Source: Octopus sinensis (taxonomy: Eukaryota). Taken from it: 64,000 nt of DNA. Location of the stretch: contig NC_043011.1 of NCBI RefSeq assembly GCF_006345805.1, positions 26,920,464-26,984,463 of the forward strand. The letters run 5' to 3'. Positions within the stretch are counted from its first letter, which is position 1; each line of letters starts with the position of its first letter. The position numbers and the translations under genes were made by a program. The notes beneath the pieces are model-generated. The model saw only the letters and a list, made by a program, of their open reading frames with translations. It was not told the origin of the DNA and searched no databases. Positions 47,445 through 60,560 of this stretch are shown one piece after another.

Positions 47445-47930
47445 GTCACAGGCATAGCTGTGTGGTCACAAGTTTGCTTGACAACTATGTGGTACTGGGT
47501 TCAGTCCGAATGTAGAGCACCTTGGGTAAGTGTCTTCTACTATAGCTCTAGGCCAACCAAAGCCTTGTAGTGGATTTTATAGGTAGAAACTGAAAGAAGC
47601 CTGTTGTATGGGTATATATATATATATATAGTTAATCCAAACATGAACAAGCAAGAAAAAACAACATATGTATTATGTGTGTGTGTGTGTGTGTGGTGTG
47701 TGTGTGTGTGTGTGTGTGTCAATGTATTTGTGTTTGTCTCTCACCACCATGTGACAACCAGTGCTGGTTTCTTTACGTCCTCGTAACTTAGTGGTTTGGT
47801 AAAAGAGACTGATAGAATAAGTACCAGATTTAAAAAATAAGTACTAGGGTTGATATGTTCAACCAAACCCTTCAAGAATGTGCTCCAGCATGGCTGCAGT
47901 CAGTGACTGAAACAAATAAAAGATAAAAGA
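47445..47930 (+). mobile_element. SINE A preceded by reiterated head-like GGCTGTGT units (47350-47445)
   Basis: Head, ACCTTGGGTAAGTGTCTTC, (TG)n, tail to AATAAAAGATAAAAG. Confidence 0.8.
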
Positions 47931-48094
47931 TAATTACAGTTGTTTAATTATTTTGCCTATTTTTGTGTGTTTATAAATTGAAATACCAGTCATATACTAG
48001 TGTTAGTTTAGTCAACTTTACCCCACCTAAAATAAAAAAAAGAAGAAAAATTGTCATTAATTTTCTAATAGAAATCATGAATGAGGTTCACAAA

Positions 48095-48698
48095 ATTGTT
48101 AGAGTACTTGAGTGCTGATCATTTAAATTGGATGGAGCTTGCAGAAGAGGGAGACCCAGGAAGACATGGGATGAAGTGCCAAAGGCTGATCTCAGAACAC
48201 TGAGCCTTATGAAGAAGATGACAAAGGACTGAGATATCTGGCACCTTGCTGTGCTGAAGAAGACTCCTTCACTACAGAAAAATTGATTATGTCCACCTCC
48301 CAGCCGAAGGGGTTTTGGCCTGCAAGAGTCACATGTCAGTGCCACATAGAATTATCCATACCAATGCCATGTAAAAAAGCACTCTTGCTGGTGCTGCATA
48401 AAAAGCATCTGTACCAGTGTCACTTAGAAAGCATCCACGCTGGCACCATGCAAGAAACACCTGTGTCAGGCTACATGAAAAGTACTCATGCCAGTACTGT
48501 GTAAAAAGCACCTGTGCCAGTTCCACATAGAAAGCACCCATGCTGATGCCACATGGAAAGCATGCAGCACACTCTGTGTAAAGTGGTTGGCGTTAGGAAG
48601 GGCATCCAGCTGTAGAAACCACCAGCTCTGATCAAACCATCCAACCCATGCCAGCATAGAAAACAGATGCTAAATGATGATGATGATGATGATGATGA
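48095..48698 (+). mobile_element. RTE 3' fragment (ORF end, UTR with AAAAGCAC repeats, (GAT)n tail)
   Basis: GGGAGACCCAGGAAGACATGG (GRPRKTW), degenerate UTR units, GGTTGGCGTTAGGAAGGGCATCCAG, tail. Confidence 0.85.
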
Positions 48699-49319
48699 AT
48701 GGTACCTTGGTATCTTCTATTTACTTGTTTTCTATAGTATTACTTCTTGAGTTGACATTAGCTCCCATGTCTGTTCAAGCATGCCATCCCCTGATTTGTT
48801 ATTTCAAACATCCCCATGCATAGCAGTCGCAAGTTTGTACTCCTCTACTTTTTGCAGTTAGTATTTCATTGATTTATATTTTATTTTCTCTTAGTTCTTA
48901 ATAGAATGTGTTTGGATTAGAGTTGAACAGTTTGTTTTGTTCAAAGAATTTTTGTCACTTTTGATGCCAACAGATACTTTGAAATTTAGCAAGGATCCTT
49001 TGTTTCAGGCGTGCTTTGATTTTAGTTGGTTCTTATTTTATATTTTCTGCAGTAATTTTAGTTTGTGTCTTTTAGTTATTGATTTTGTTGGAAATATGCA
49101 TTCGGGGAGTGCAGAAGATAAAGTACAGAATATTTTAGAATAAATGGTTTGATTCTACAGAAAATGTGGAGTGGGGAATATATGATTTCTGTTTGCCACA
49201 AGTAGTTGACTGACACAAGCTTAAGTGACAGAATAATGTCGTAAATAGTAAAAGATTTTCTTTTTCAGCATTGAGAAATGTTATTTCTGTTAAGGCAAGC
49301 CATGTTAACTGAGTGATGG

Positions 49320-49354
<35 letters not shown>

Positions 49355-49355
<1 letters not shown>

Positions 49356-49750
49356 TGATGATATGTGTGGTTTTGTGGTAAGAAGTTTGCTTCCCATTTA
49401 CATGGTTCTGGGTTCAGTCCCACTGCACGACATCTTAGGCAAATGTCTGTTACTACAGCCCTGAGCTGACCAAAGCCTTTTGAATGGATTTAGTAGTGGA
49501 AACTGAGAGAAGCCCATTATGTGTCTTTTATCTTTTACTTGTTTCAGTTATTTGACTGCTGGCCTGCTGGGGTACTTGAAGAACTTTTAGCTGAATGTAT
49601 TGACCCCAGGACTTATTTTCTTTTTTTAAAGCTTGGTACTTATTCTATTGGTCTCTTTTGCCAAACCACTAAGTTATGGTAACATAAACATGCTAGCACT
49701 GGCTGTTGAGCTGGGGTAGCAGGACAAACATTGACACAAAGACACACACA
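49355..49750. mobile_element. SINE A head (+) fused to a SINE A tail (-)
   Basis: 49355-49520 plus-strand head; 49525-49750 reverse tail. Confidence 0.7.
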
Positions 49751-49768
49751 TATTGATATATAATATAT

Positions 49769-49840
<72 letters not shown>

Positions 49841-49864
49841 TTTGTATGTGTGAAGTAACAGTAT

Positions 49865-49923
49865 TAGAAAAAAAACATTGGTTTCATATCTAGCGTGAAC
49901 TAGACATATCTTCAGTTTTTCTA
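49865..49923 (-). ncRNA. Type I hammerhead ribozyme motif at the Penelope 3' end
   Basis: TAGAAAAA CTGAAGA T ATGTCTAG TTCACG CTAGATAT GAAAC CAAT GTT TTTTTTCTA: 8-bp stem II, AC/GT stem III, A/T stem I. Confidence 0.72.
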
Positions 49924-52060
49924 AATGATAAGTGTTCTCTGCAAAGAATGTTTTTTAAAAACACAAGAATGCTGGTGATAGTTCAAGAAATATTCTTCTT
50001 CAAAAATTATGGCTGGCAAGTTGTCTTCCTTTGCTTGATAGCTAGGTTTTCCAATTTTGAAGTAAAAATTTCTGAAAATGTGGACAACTCCCCACGGCTT
50101 TCATCCTGGAATTCAGGTAGCCTCCTGGTTCATGTGAATTCATGAGGATTATATATTTTTCTGCCATACACAAATTGCATAGTCTTGTTCCATTTCTTGT
50201 AATTTCCACCTGATGTTAAGGAGAGTGTGATCATCCTTTAAACGCCATACATATGCTGCAAGTGTCATCGTGTTGCGTCTCTCCAGGACCCTGAAAGAAG
50301 ATCTGTAGTTGTTCAGGTGAATTTTAAATATGGATTTACAAGATCCAACATAAATTTTAGTGTGTATCCCTGTGTTGGTATTGATGTTACTGATATTTGT
50401 ACTCCTCATGTTTGAGGCTACCTTTGCTTGATACACTGTAGCCCCAGTGTTACATCGGCTGCCTACTGGGCTTTCATTTCTAATCCTGCATGAACAACCT
50501 GCTTCTGTCTGTGGTTTGGGAGTGCTAAGTAACTTTTTCTTAACATTTAGTGCACAACTGAAAGAGATCCTTAAATTATGTCTGCTAAAAATCTTTCAAT
50601 ATTTGTGTGATCACATGAAATGCTTATCAACCAACCTAAGAAAAATCTTACCTACACATATCTGAACATTTAAGGAGAAGCGGGGAGCGAACCATGAGGT
50701 CTTGCAGTGGCATTCCCTTTTATGGTTGCTCGATCCTGGTGTATATACTATATGGTCCTTGAACCCACTGCCCACTAGCACCTCATTGTAAGTAGGAGCC
50801 GCTGCGTTGAAAATAGCTTTATTTGAAGATAAGATCGAAATCCATTTACTGATACCTTTTATTAGGTTTTTGAACACTATTGGTGGGTAGCAGGAGGCTG
50901 TGTTAATGTATGATAGCCTATCATTCGGTTTGTGGTATGGTCTGTAGGTGCCACTCTCTAAATCAAGCAAGACATCCAAGAGGTTCACCATGGTGAGGTT
51001 AGTCTCTATGGTCATTTTAAGGCCAAGGTTGTTGAGAGTGTGCATGCTGTCTTTTCTATGTCCATCTCAAGTATGGCTATTAGTGCCTTTGGAGATGGCT
51101 AAGGCATCATCTCTATATAAGCCAAAGTGGACAGAGGGGAATTTATTACCCAGGGTATCCAAAATGTAAAACCCTATAAGGTTGCATATATCAGCACTGT
51201 CATTTTCCCCCATTGTGATGTTGAAGGAGCCTTCAGGGTCAGTTTGTGTGATCCAGGTTGAATCCTGCTTGAACAGTAGCACTTTCCTAGCTTGCATAAT
51301 TATATCTATTTCTCTGTCACTTATGTTGGTAATTCGTCTAGCATATACTAATGCCCTATCAAGTTTCATTTTCGATATCGATGGATAAAAGTCTACTATA
51401 TAGAATTGTATGTGCTTAGCTCTAAAAGTGATTTGTTTGGTCTCAAACCAATGTGACACCTTGATTGTGTTATGCCATAAAGAGAAATTGGATGCCTTCC
51501 TTATGTCTTTATTAACCCTTCTAAGGATGTATTTATTCACCAGCCCGATTTTGGACTTGGCAGGGTTAATCAGGCAGCATTTAGGGTTGGAAGCAAAGTT
51601 TGGTTTGTGATCCTTGATAGTTATAAAAACATTATGTTTAGCTGGTATTTCTACCCTGTTTGCAATGTCTAGGTTGGTAGCTATTTGTTTTGCCTCATTA
51701 TTGATGTTATCATAGGTATGTGGTGCAGCCCATCTATATTTTTGTGTGATTTGTTCTCTAAGAGCTTGTTGTAGTGGTCATTATCTCTCTTATAAAGGTT
51801 ATTTGTCTTATCTGAAAATAGTAGGGTATCTGTATTCTTAAGGAGGTGTATATCGAATCAAAGTCTACGTTGAAAGATGGATGATGATTTATGGAACCTA
51901 AAGTTTGGTATAATGCCCAGCAGGTCTACTTCAAAAGCTTTGAGTTCTTTGATCTTGGGTGGGAACCTTCTAGACCTGATGTTAAAGTGGTGTTTGTCTG
52001 AGTGTGGTGCAGCTTGGTTGAAGAAAAAAGCTTTCCACCTCATCCGTCTTATAATATCAA
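49865..52060 (-). mobile_element. Penelope-like retroelement (RT + GIY-YIG), decayed, with 3' hammerhead
   Basis: IKELKAFEVDL, FYIVDFYPSI, FNITMG..DSADIC, GLYRDDAL, YRPYHKPND; endonuclease MYQAKV..IYVGSC..FKIHLNNYRSSF..AYVWRLKD. Confidence 0.92.
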
Positions 52061-52069
52061 TAATTTTTC

Positions 52070-52074
<5 letters not shown>

Positions 52075-52122
<48 letters not shown>

Positions 52123-52530
52123 GTGTTTCTTTCAGTTTCCATCTACCAGATCCACTCACTAGGCTTTGGTTGGCCCGAGGTTATAGTAGAAGACACTTGC
52201 CCAAGGTGCTATGCAGTGGGACTGAACCTGGAACCATGTGTTTGGGAAGCAAGCTTCTTACCACACAGCCACGCCTGCCCCTATATTTATATACATTTGA
52301 TTTGTGTGTTTGTGTATGTGTGTGTATATGTATGCCCCATCACCACTTCACAACAAGTGTTGGTTTATTTACACCTCTATAACTTAGCAATTTGACAAAA
52401 AGTGACTTATAGAATAAGTGCCAGACCTAAAAAATAAATAATTACAAGGATCGATTTGTTGGACTAAAACCTTTCAAAGCAGTGCTCCAATATGGCTGCA
52501 CTCCAATGATTGAAGCAAGTCAAATATAAA
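52075..52530. mobile_element. SINE A head (-) followed by SINE A tail (+)
   Basis: 52075-52280 reverse head; 52300-52530 forward tail. Confidence 0.75.
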
Positions 52531-52649
52531 ACATATACTTGATCAATGTGACAAGTTTTAGAATGTTGCACTAATGCTCTTTAAAAACAAGGCATGTTCT
52601 ACTAGTCATGTTGATTAAGTATATGCATATGAAATGTAGTTCATCAGGA

Positions 52650-53760
52650 GATATTCATACAATTTAATTAAGGTTTGTGAGATATTTTCATTTATTTTAT
52701 ATCTTTTAGTGTATGTCTGCTTTCCACATTGCTTCCTTGGGGTTTTATATACACACCTATATTTCCATTGTATGATATTCATGAGTGTTTTTAATTTGAA
52801 AGCCTGGGTCGTGGTATTTTTATTGCTGTTATTTCATTGGATGATATTCACAAGTGTATCCATTAAGTCTACAATGGCCTGGTTTATGAGTTCTTTTTAT
52901 AGTTGTAGCTATTTAATCAACCCTTTCAATACCAACCTAAGACAGTCTCTGGTACATGATATAAAATCTCTCGTTAAAAGACTAAAACCTTTAATAATTT
53001 TATGCACTGTTTTTATTATGTTCCAAAACCCAGACTGTCTTAATGAAAAGCCAGTTTCATTTAATCGTTCTAAATTCTTGATTATTTTTCAAAAGTAATC
53101 AAAACATTGTAAATCTTTAGAGATATGGTTACAAAGAGTTAAAATTCTTCATCGATTGTGTCTTTTATTGGTCTATCTTTAGACTGTTATTCATAATTTT
53201 CATCATTAGAATTTTCTATTCCTGAACTTTTCTTGTATTTTAATTTATTCATGTTTCCATTGTTCTGGTTAGACTGCTGAGTTACCAAGGTTTAATTTTC
53301 TTGTATTTTCTTACTCATTTTGTTTTGTGCCTATAAAGCCCATTCTCTGTGGCTCATATTTTCACCTTTTTTTTTTTTTTTTTAGCTTAAATGCTTTGAT
53401 TTTCACTGTTTACATTTTTTATTTTTGCTTTGTGTTTTTGTCACAGTTTATTTTCTTTTAGGTGTTTTATTTCTGTTTGATATTTTTTTTTGGTTTTGAA
53501 ATTGTAGATTCTTAATTTAGCTTAACTTTTGGCATCTAAAACTACTTTTAGACCAAGGTCTTTTCTTTCCAGGTATTCTAATATAAATATTATTGTAGTC
53601 TCATCTTTCTTTTTGAATAAAGTCTATCTGTAAAATATTCATGTATCAGAGAAACATATTTCTCTTGTGTCCATTTATATCTTTTTTGTATTATTTGCAA
53701 TATTCACTAAATAAAATGTGGCTCTTTATTTAGATTCAGTACCGGTCTTTAGGTTTCTGA
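52650..53760 (-). mobile_element. Very old LINE RT remnant (clade unassigned)
   Basis: Across frameshifts in RT order: DRPIK, FEK/KIIKNL, QSGFW, IVDL, PQGS. Confidence 0.4.
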
Positions 53761-54399
53761 CCATGTGTCATTTTCCATTTTGTAACACTCCATTTTCCAT
53801 ACTTGTTATGCATCAGATTCAAAGTATGTATTCCCCTTCGGCCTCAGGCTAAAATTTTATGGTTTTCATTTGTGTTGCTTCTCACTTTTGGAAGTGGGTG
53901 AACTTGTCTAGTGGTGGCTTGACTTGTGCGTTCCATTAGTGTGCTTACACATGCTGGATAATTGACCATTAGATTGAACATTGACAATCCATTACTTATA
54001 TTAGGCAAAAAGCAATACAACATCACTAATATTTTAATGTAGTACTCACATAAGTATCCTTTAGCAATTTCATTATTTAAAAAAAATTTTTCTTTATTGT
54101 TATTTGCTTGATATTAATGGATATTTTTCAGATCGCAGTAAAGTAGCATAAAGTACCTTGCTCTCTTGTTAACCATCCTCAGTGTCCTGTTTTATCATTA
54201 TTATTATGATTATTATTGTTATCATTATTATGATGTAAGACGTCACACAGTACCCAATATTGTGATGTTGTATGTAGATTTAAGATATTGTGTGTACCAG
54301 AGATTTGTACTGTCTGTCAAGTCACAACAAGGGCTTCAGATGGACAATGCTTTATGCAATATGGATTCAGTTCCAAGTAAAGCTGAGTTTTGCAAAACC

Positions 54400-54555
54400 C
54401 CAGTAGTAGCAGTAGTAGCTGTTGCTGCTGCTGCTGCTGCTGCTGTTGTTGTTGTTGTTGTCGTTGTCGTCGTCGTCGTCGTTGTTGTTGTTGTTGTTCT
54501 TCTTCTTCTTCCCACCTTGTTGTTGTTGCTGTTGCTGTTGTTGTTGTTGTTGTTA
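54400..54555. repeat. Compound (GTA/GCT/GTT/GTC/CTT)n triplet tract
   Basis: Direct reading. Confidence 0.95.
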
Positions 54556-55310
54556 AGGCAGTGAGCTGGCAGAATCATTTGCATACCAGGCAAAATGCTT
54601 GGCTGCATTTCGTCTGTCTTTACATTTTGAGTTCAAATACCACTGAGGATGACTTTCATCCTTTCAGGGTTGGTAAAATAAGTACCAGTTGAACACTGGG
54701 ATTAATGTCATTGACTTAGACCCTTTACCCCGAAATTGTTGGAGAAACGTGTGAAACCTGAGGACAGTAAAAAAAAAAAATAATAAATGATAAAAACAAA
54801 AAAACAAAGGGGAAGCAAAAAAAAATAAAAAGGAAAATGTATGAGTTGAAACTAACAACTGAAATGTTACTTAACAGCCAGGAGTCCTTGGATTCCATCT
54901 TTGTCTGAATTTATAATAGTGTCAAATTTTGGCACAAAGCCAGCAGTTTTAAAGGAGAGAGTAAGTTGATGAAATTGACCTCAGTGTGCAGCTGGTAATG
55001 ATTTTATTGATACTGAAAGGATGTAAGGCAAAGTTGAGCTTGGTGAGGAATTTTGAACTCAGAATGTAAAGGTCCAGAAGAAATACTGCTTAGTATTTTG
55101 TCCAATGTGCTAATGATTCACCTTATAAATTAATAATGGTTTCAAATTTTGACACAAGGCCAGCAATCTTAAGGGAGAGTGCACGGCAGTTACATTGACC
55201 CAAGTGGTGCTCACCTTGAATTTATTTTATTGAACTCGAAAAAGTGAGAAGCAAAGTTGACCTTAGTGGAATTTGAGCTTAGAATGTAACGAAGCAGAAG
55301 AAATGTCACA
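54555..55310. mobile_element. Cluster of SINE B copies (54555-54790 +; about 54915-55130 and 55140-55310 -)
   Basis: GGCAGTGAGCTGGCAGAA head, CTTTCATCCTTTCAGGG core; reverse copies with GGCAAAGTTGA..TTTGAACTCAG. Confidence 0.7.
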
Positions 55311-55427
55311 AAGCACGGGTCTTGAGTATAGGAGAGAATATATTTGTACATGTACATGTGCTCATGCATGTGTTTGCCTTCACATTGACATTGCTTGTGC
55401 AATGGTGACATTGTTTGTGTCTCCCAG

Positions 55428-55511
55428 AAGCAAAATATCTACCTTCAGATGATCAACATGCTAAGTTGTAGAATATACAATCTTACTTGGAAATGTGTTG
55501 ACATCAGGAGG
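55428..55511 (+). CDS. Candidate internal coding exon (84 nt, phase 0 to 0; alternative in-frame acceptor at 55449)
   Basis: TTGTTTGTGTCTCCCAG| ... AGG|GTGAGT; reads KQNIYLQMINMLSCRIYNLTWKCVDIRR. Confidence 0.4.
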
Positions 55512-56694
55512 GTGAGTACATCAAGCCAAAGAATAACACTTCGAGAAATCTTATCCAATCAGATGACCATTGTGGTGTCAATACAAGAAATAGGTGTGCT
55601 ATCGCTGGATGATGTCACACTCATGCTTTGCTAGAATATTAGTTATGAATCAGTGACAGAGGTTCTGTATCAGTCATGGGCAAATTGTGGCCCATGGGAA
55701 TTTCTGAGTGACATACCTAACAAAAAAATTACCTTGAATGGTTTTAGTAGTGTGGCCTGCCTGATGGTGAGCTGTGTTTTATGAAGCCACCTTGTGAAAA
55801 ATGTTGCACATACCTCCTCTGTATGGTTAGAAATAGCAGCAAAATCTCTAAAAAAGGCAAACCTCAATATTTTTAAGTAAAGAAGAACACATTTGATAAA
55901 TGTAGTTCTCATTTTCCCTAAAAAGAAATGGTCATGGCTGGAATACTTTTGATCATATGTTTGCTTAATCAAAATTGACCTGGGGCTAAACAGAGACAGA
56001 AGTTGGCAAATTTCAGCCTGTGGTCTCATTCCATCTGGTTCGCCAACTTTATTGAAATAGGTGACATTACATACAAAACTCTTTTCTTTGGTTTGCAAAC
56101 AATAAAGTTCTGTATCAAAAGATAGAACAGAAATTTCAGTAATTTATAGTATCAAATCTTTATTTTATATTGGTACAAAGAAACAAAATAAATATTTCCC
56201 AAGGTGCAATAATTTAAGCAGTAACTGTTTCTACCTTCCTAAATGAGTAGAGCAGCAATGTCTAAGAACATCTATATGCTGTTACATTAAATTTGCATGA
56301 GTTATTGATTTTAGGAAAGCAAGTAGTGATAAAAAAATTCTTACTTATCTGTCGAGGAAAGCAGGTAAAGTGGCTGGTATTTCACTTACCCTGAAGCCGC
56401 AATCATTCCTATTCAGCCTAACTATAAATGTTTTAACTCTTCACTGCATTCTGTGTTTCACAAAACACACACTGATTTTCATATTTTAAGTATACAATGA
56501 GTCTTTCATTATGCAGGTAATATTTATAAAAAGAAAATGCAAAAAGAAAACAAGCTGTTTCCATCAGCCTTATATAATGGTGGTTTCATTTTTTTATTTA
56601 CTTCAGCATAAGTCATAAAATTCTTTCCAATTCAGCTCACTTCCAAGAAAGTATATGGATCTTTCGCCTGAAATAAAGAGAAATGGATCAAACT

Positions 56695-57125
56695 ACTCTT
56701 TACTCTTTTTACTCTTTTACTTGTTTCAGTCATTTGACTGTGGCCATGCTGGAGCACCACCTTTAGTCGAGCAAATCGACCCCAGGACTTATTCTTTGTA
56801 AGCCTAGTACTTATTCTATCAGTCACTTTTACCTAACCATTAAGTTACAGGGACATAAACACACCAGCTTCAGTTGTCAAGCGATGTTGGGGGGACAAAC
56901 ACAGACACACAAAGCATATACACACACACACATACATACATATATATATATATACATATATACAACGGGCTTCTTTCAGTTTCCGTCTACCAAATCCACT
57001 CACAAGGCTTTGGTCGACCCAAGGCTATAGTAGAAAACATTTGCCCAATGTACCATGCAGTGGGACTGAACCCAGAACCATGTGGTTGGTAAGCAAACTA
57101 CTTACCACACAGCCACTCCTACGCC
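56695..57125 (-). mobile_element. SINE A, full length
   Basis: (TACTCTTT)n tail to CACAGCCACTCCTACGCC. Confidence 0.9.
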
Positions 57126-57159
57126 TATACCACTCAGCCACTTCTACGCCTATACTATA

Positions 57160-57590
57160 CATTCATCATCATCAAGAACATTTAATGTCTGTTTTTTATG
57201 CTGGCATGGGTTGGATGGCTTGACAGGAACTAGCAAGGCTAAGGGCTACACCAGATTCCATAGTCTGTTTTGGCTAGGTTTCTATGGCTTGCATGCCCTT
57301 CCTAACACCAACCACTTCACCGAGTGTACTGGGTACTTTTTATGTGGTACCATTACCAGTGCTTTCTACATGGCACCAGTGCTTTTTATGTGGCACCAGC
57401 ACCCATACTAAGGCTTTTTATGTGGCACCTTGGTTTTAGGATCTTAATTCTGTTGTGGTGAGTGGGTCTTCTCAAATATAGTAATGTGTCATATATCTCA
57501 GTACTCTGTCATCTCCTTCATAAGGTTCAGCATTTTGAAGTTAGCTTTCAGTACTTCATCTTATGTCTTCCCACCTCTTTTTACAGCTCA
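57160..57590 (-). mobile_element. RTE 3' fragment
   Basis: (CAT)n, ATGCTGGCATGGGTTGGATGG, GCCCTTCCTAACACCAACCAC, GTGCTTTTTATGTGGCAC units. Confidence 0.8.
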
Positions 57591-57840
57591 TAATAAATGA
57601 TTTCTTGTGACAGAATGCAATTTATTTTAGAGGATGTGCAACACAAACATCATCTTCTGTTGCCTCACACTGAATATGATGGACAAGCTAAACATGTCAT
57701 TGATGATAGTATTTATGTGACAGTGTTTCATTGCTTTTCTTCAAACCAAATAATATCTGAGATTGTTACTGTTCACAAGAACACTAAGATACTGGAAGTT
57801 TATATGTTCATCCACCCCTTCATGCACGACAAAGATTTCT

Positions 57841-58070
57841 TATTTCTTTATTGCCCTCAAGGGGCTAAAAATAGAGGGGACAAACAAGGACAGACAAAGG
57901 GATTAAGTTGATTATATCGACCCCAGCGTGTAACTGGTACTTAATTTATCGACCTCGAAAGGATGAAAGGCAAAGTTGACCTCAGCGGAATTTGAATTCA
58001 GAACGTAACGGCAGATGAAATACCACTAAGCATTTCGTCCGACGTGCTAACGTTTCTGTCAGCTCGTCTT
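57841..58070 (-). mobile_element. SINE B monomer with about 16-bp TSD
   Basis: CA(C/T)GACAAAGATTTCT on both sides; CpG-retaining young copy. Confidence 0.9.
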
Positions 58071-59213
58071 TGCATGACAAAGATTTCTGTATGTAATGTC
58101 ACCTATTTTAATAAATACTGGAAGAAATGGGGCCACAGGCTGTAATTTACCAACTTCTATATCAGATCATTAGCAAATGTTGTTTAGCCTCAGGTCAATT
58201 TTGATGAAACAAACATATGATCAAAAGCATTCCAGTCATGACCACATCATTTTAGGGAAACTGAGGACTATATTATCAAATATATTCTTCTTTACTTAAA
58301 AACATTGAGGTTTTTCAGCTATAGTCTCATTGCTTGAACAACCTTATAGTGTGACGTCAGTATCAGTTGATTAAATCAACTCTGGTACTTGTAGATTGGT
58401 TTCTTTTATTTTATTGATCCTGGAATGATGAAAGGCAAAGTTGACTTTGGCAGGATTTGAACTCGCAATGTAAGCGGGTAGAACTAATTTTGTTATTTTG
58501 TTCAATGATTTACTGATCTGCCAATCCAGCACTGTATTAATGCCAGCTCAACAAAATAATACTATTATAAAATAAATTGCACCAACAGTTAATTTCTTTA
58601 TCTCTCTTTAGCTTTTCCTTTCCTTCCTTTCTTTCTTTCTTTCTTTCATAAAAACTAGTATGTTTTTGGTATTTTTACAATTTTTACCTGAATTATGGTT
58701 ATTTTCCCTGAGAAGATTTTTCTTAATTTTTTTTTCTTATGATTAATATCTATCACCCAAAATACTGGTTATTATCATCTCCATTCATTGTCTTTGTGGC
58801 CAAAAAAGAAATCGTTGTTGTTGTTGTTGTTAGTGGACTGCAACATTTTTGTAAGTTTACAAACTGATTGTTATCATTATTTATAACTTACAGGAGAACT
58901 CCCCACTCCACACACTATTTATTTTCAAAAATTTGTATGAGAGAAAACAAGCTGTGATATATGTTGTTGCAGTTAGTATATTGTTAAAAATCTCCAAAGG
59001 AAACTTTTGTTTTATGTAATAACAGATGAAAATATATCCCTTGTTATGTTATGCAGACAGTGTTGTGTTTTGAAAAAAATGTTGTGTGGGTACAGGGAAG
59101 TAGTGTGGTAGAGTTTCAACATGGAAAAAAGGAGAATTATATATATAAAAAAGATGGTGGGAGGATATAATGGCTTGAAGAAAAAAAAAAAGGAAATAAA
59201 AAGAAAATGATTA

Positions 59214-59246
<33 letters not shown>

Positions 59247-59697
59247 ATTATTTGGAAAAGAAATAAAAAGCAGACAATCAAATGATGACTGAAAGAAAAA
59301 TTAAAAAAAATGTTTGCAAGAAAGAAAGTGAAGAATTTGTGAAAGAATGCTTGATGATAATAAAAGAGGGAAGTATGTTTAGAAGAAAGTATATTTGTAA
59401 CGAAGAAACTATTGCAGAAGTAAGAAAGTAAGACTGTTTGAAAGAGACAAAAGAAAAAAAAAAGAAAAATGTGTGGGAGTATAAATGTTTGAAAGGGTGA
59501 TGGACAAAAAGAAGCAGCAAGGCAGACACAATTGAAAAGATGAAAGACAGACAGACAGAAAGAAATTAGATAGATAGATAGATAGATAGATAATGAAACA
59601 CATTAATTATGCAATTTCAGTGCCAAAAATTGCAAAGGGGAAGTTTTTCAAATCTATTCTGCAATCTGGGATTATTATATATTATACATACATACAT

Positions 59698-59729
<32 letters not shown>

Positions 59730-60224
59730 GATCAATAATAAGAAAATGGAGGGGATCAATAAGTGGTTCGAACCACCATTTTCTTATTAAATGATCTATA
59801 AATGATCTATAAATTAATGGTAAAATATCTCTTTACCTTCACCCATTTAGTACACTCGGTGATGTAATTGCAATGCAATAAAAAACTCTTGTGTATTAAT
59901 AATTAGGTATTCTACCAACAGTATATTGGATAGATATTATCCCTTAGTTGGTTGGATTCACAGCCTCTAACTTTCTTGGAGTATATATATACACACATAT
60001 ATATATTATATCCAGTGATTTTAAGAGGTATTTAAAAGATATTTTGTTTTAATATACTTTTACTTGTTTCACACACATACACAAACTCTAATGTGTTTTT
60101 TAAATGAATTTTGTAACATTCTTTATCATTCCACAGACTTTGTTATCACTAACTTCTATAACTCCTTCATTTTCACTTATTCTTTTCAAACTTGTTTGAA
60201 TTTTCAATCAAAATATTTTTGAAA

Positions 60225-60560
60225 ATTGGTGGGTGGGGTGTAGGGTATGTGTGTGTGTGTGTGTGTGTGTGTGAAATTTCCAAGGGTTCCACCCCACCCC
60301 ACCCTGTTTTCTGGACCAAAGAAAGGGTTTTGTGGTATACTAGGAGGTCACTGTAATTTATTCAATGAAGAAAAATATTTCCAGTGATTCCAGGATATGG
60401 TGGATGGGGTGGTGGTGGGGGTCCAGTTCCCCTCCCACCTTTTTCTGAACAAAACTAAGGGGTTTGTGGCATATTAAAAGGTCAGGGTACTTGATTCCAT
60501 GTTAAAAATCTGAGTTTCTTTTCATAGTGGGTGTACTTCTCAAGGGTGGGGTGGGGGTGA
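60225..60560. repeat. G-rich imperfect direct repeat
   Basis: GTTCC..CCC.CCCACC.T.TTTCTG.AC.AAA...GGG.TTTGTGG.ATA.TA..AGGTCA at about 60285 and 60425; GGG tracts at about 60229, 60399 and 60544. Confidence 0.5.

Noticed and set aside
48895-49143. Open frame FLIECVWIRVEQFVLFKEF... after a good acceptor
   Set aside because: Only a weak GC donor; T-rich composition makes long open frames likely by chance; no recognisable homology.
56315-56516. Two short phase-compatible candidate exons (56315-56364, 56491-56516)
   Set aside because: Incompatible in phase with the neighbouring stronger candidate at 55428; weak acceptors.
57597-57911. 104-aa plus-strand ORF
   Set aside because: The 3' part is SINE B; the rest has no convincing splice pair or homology.
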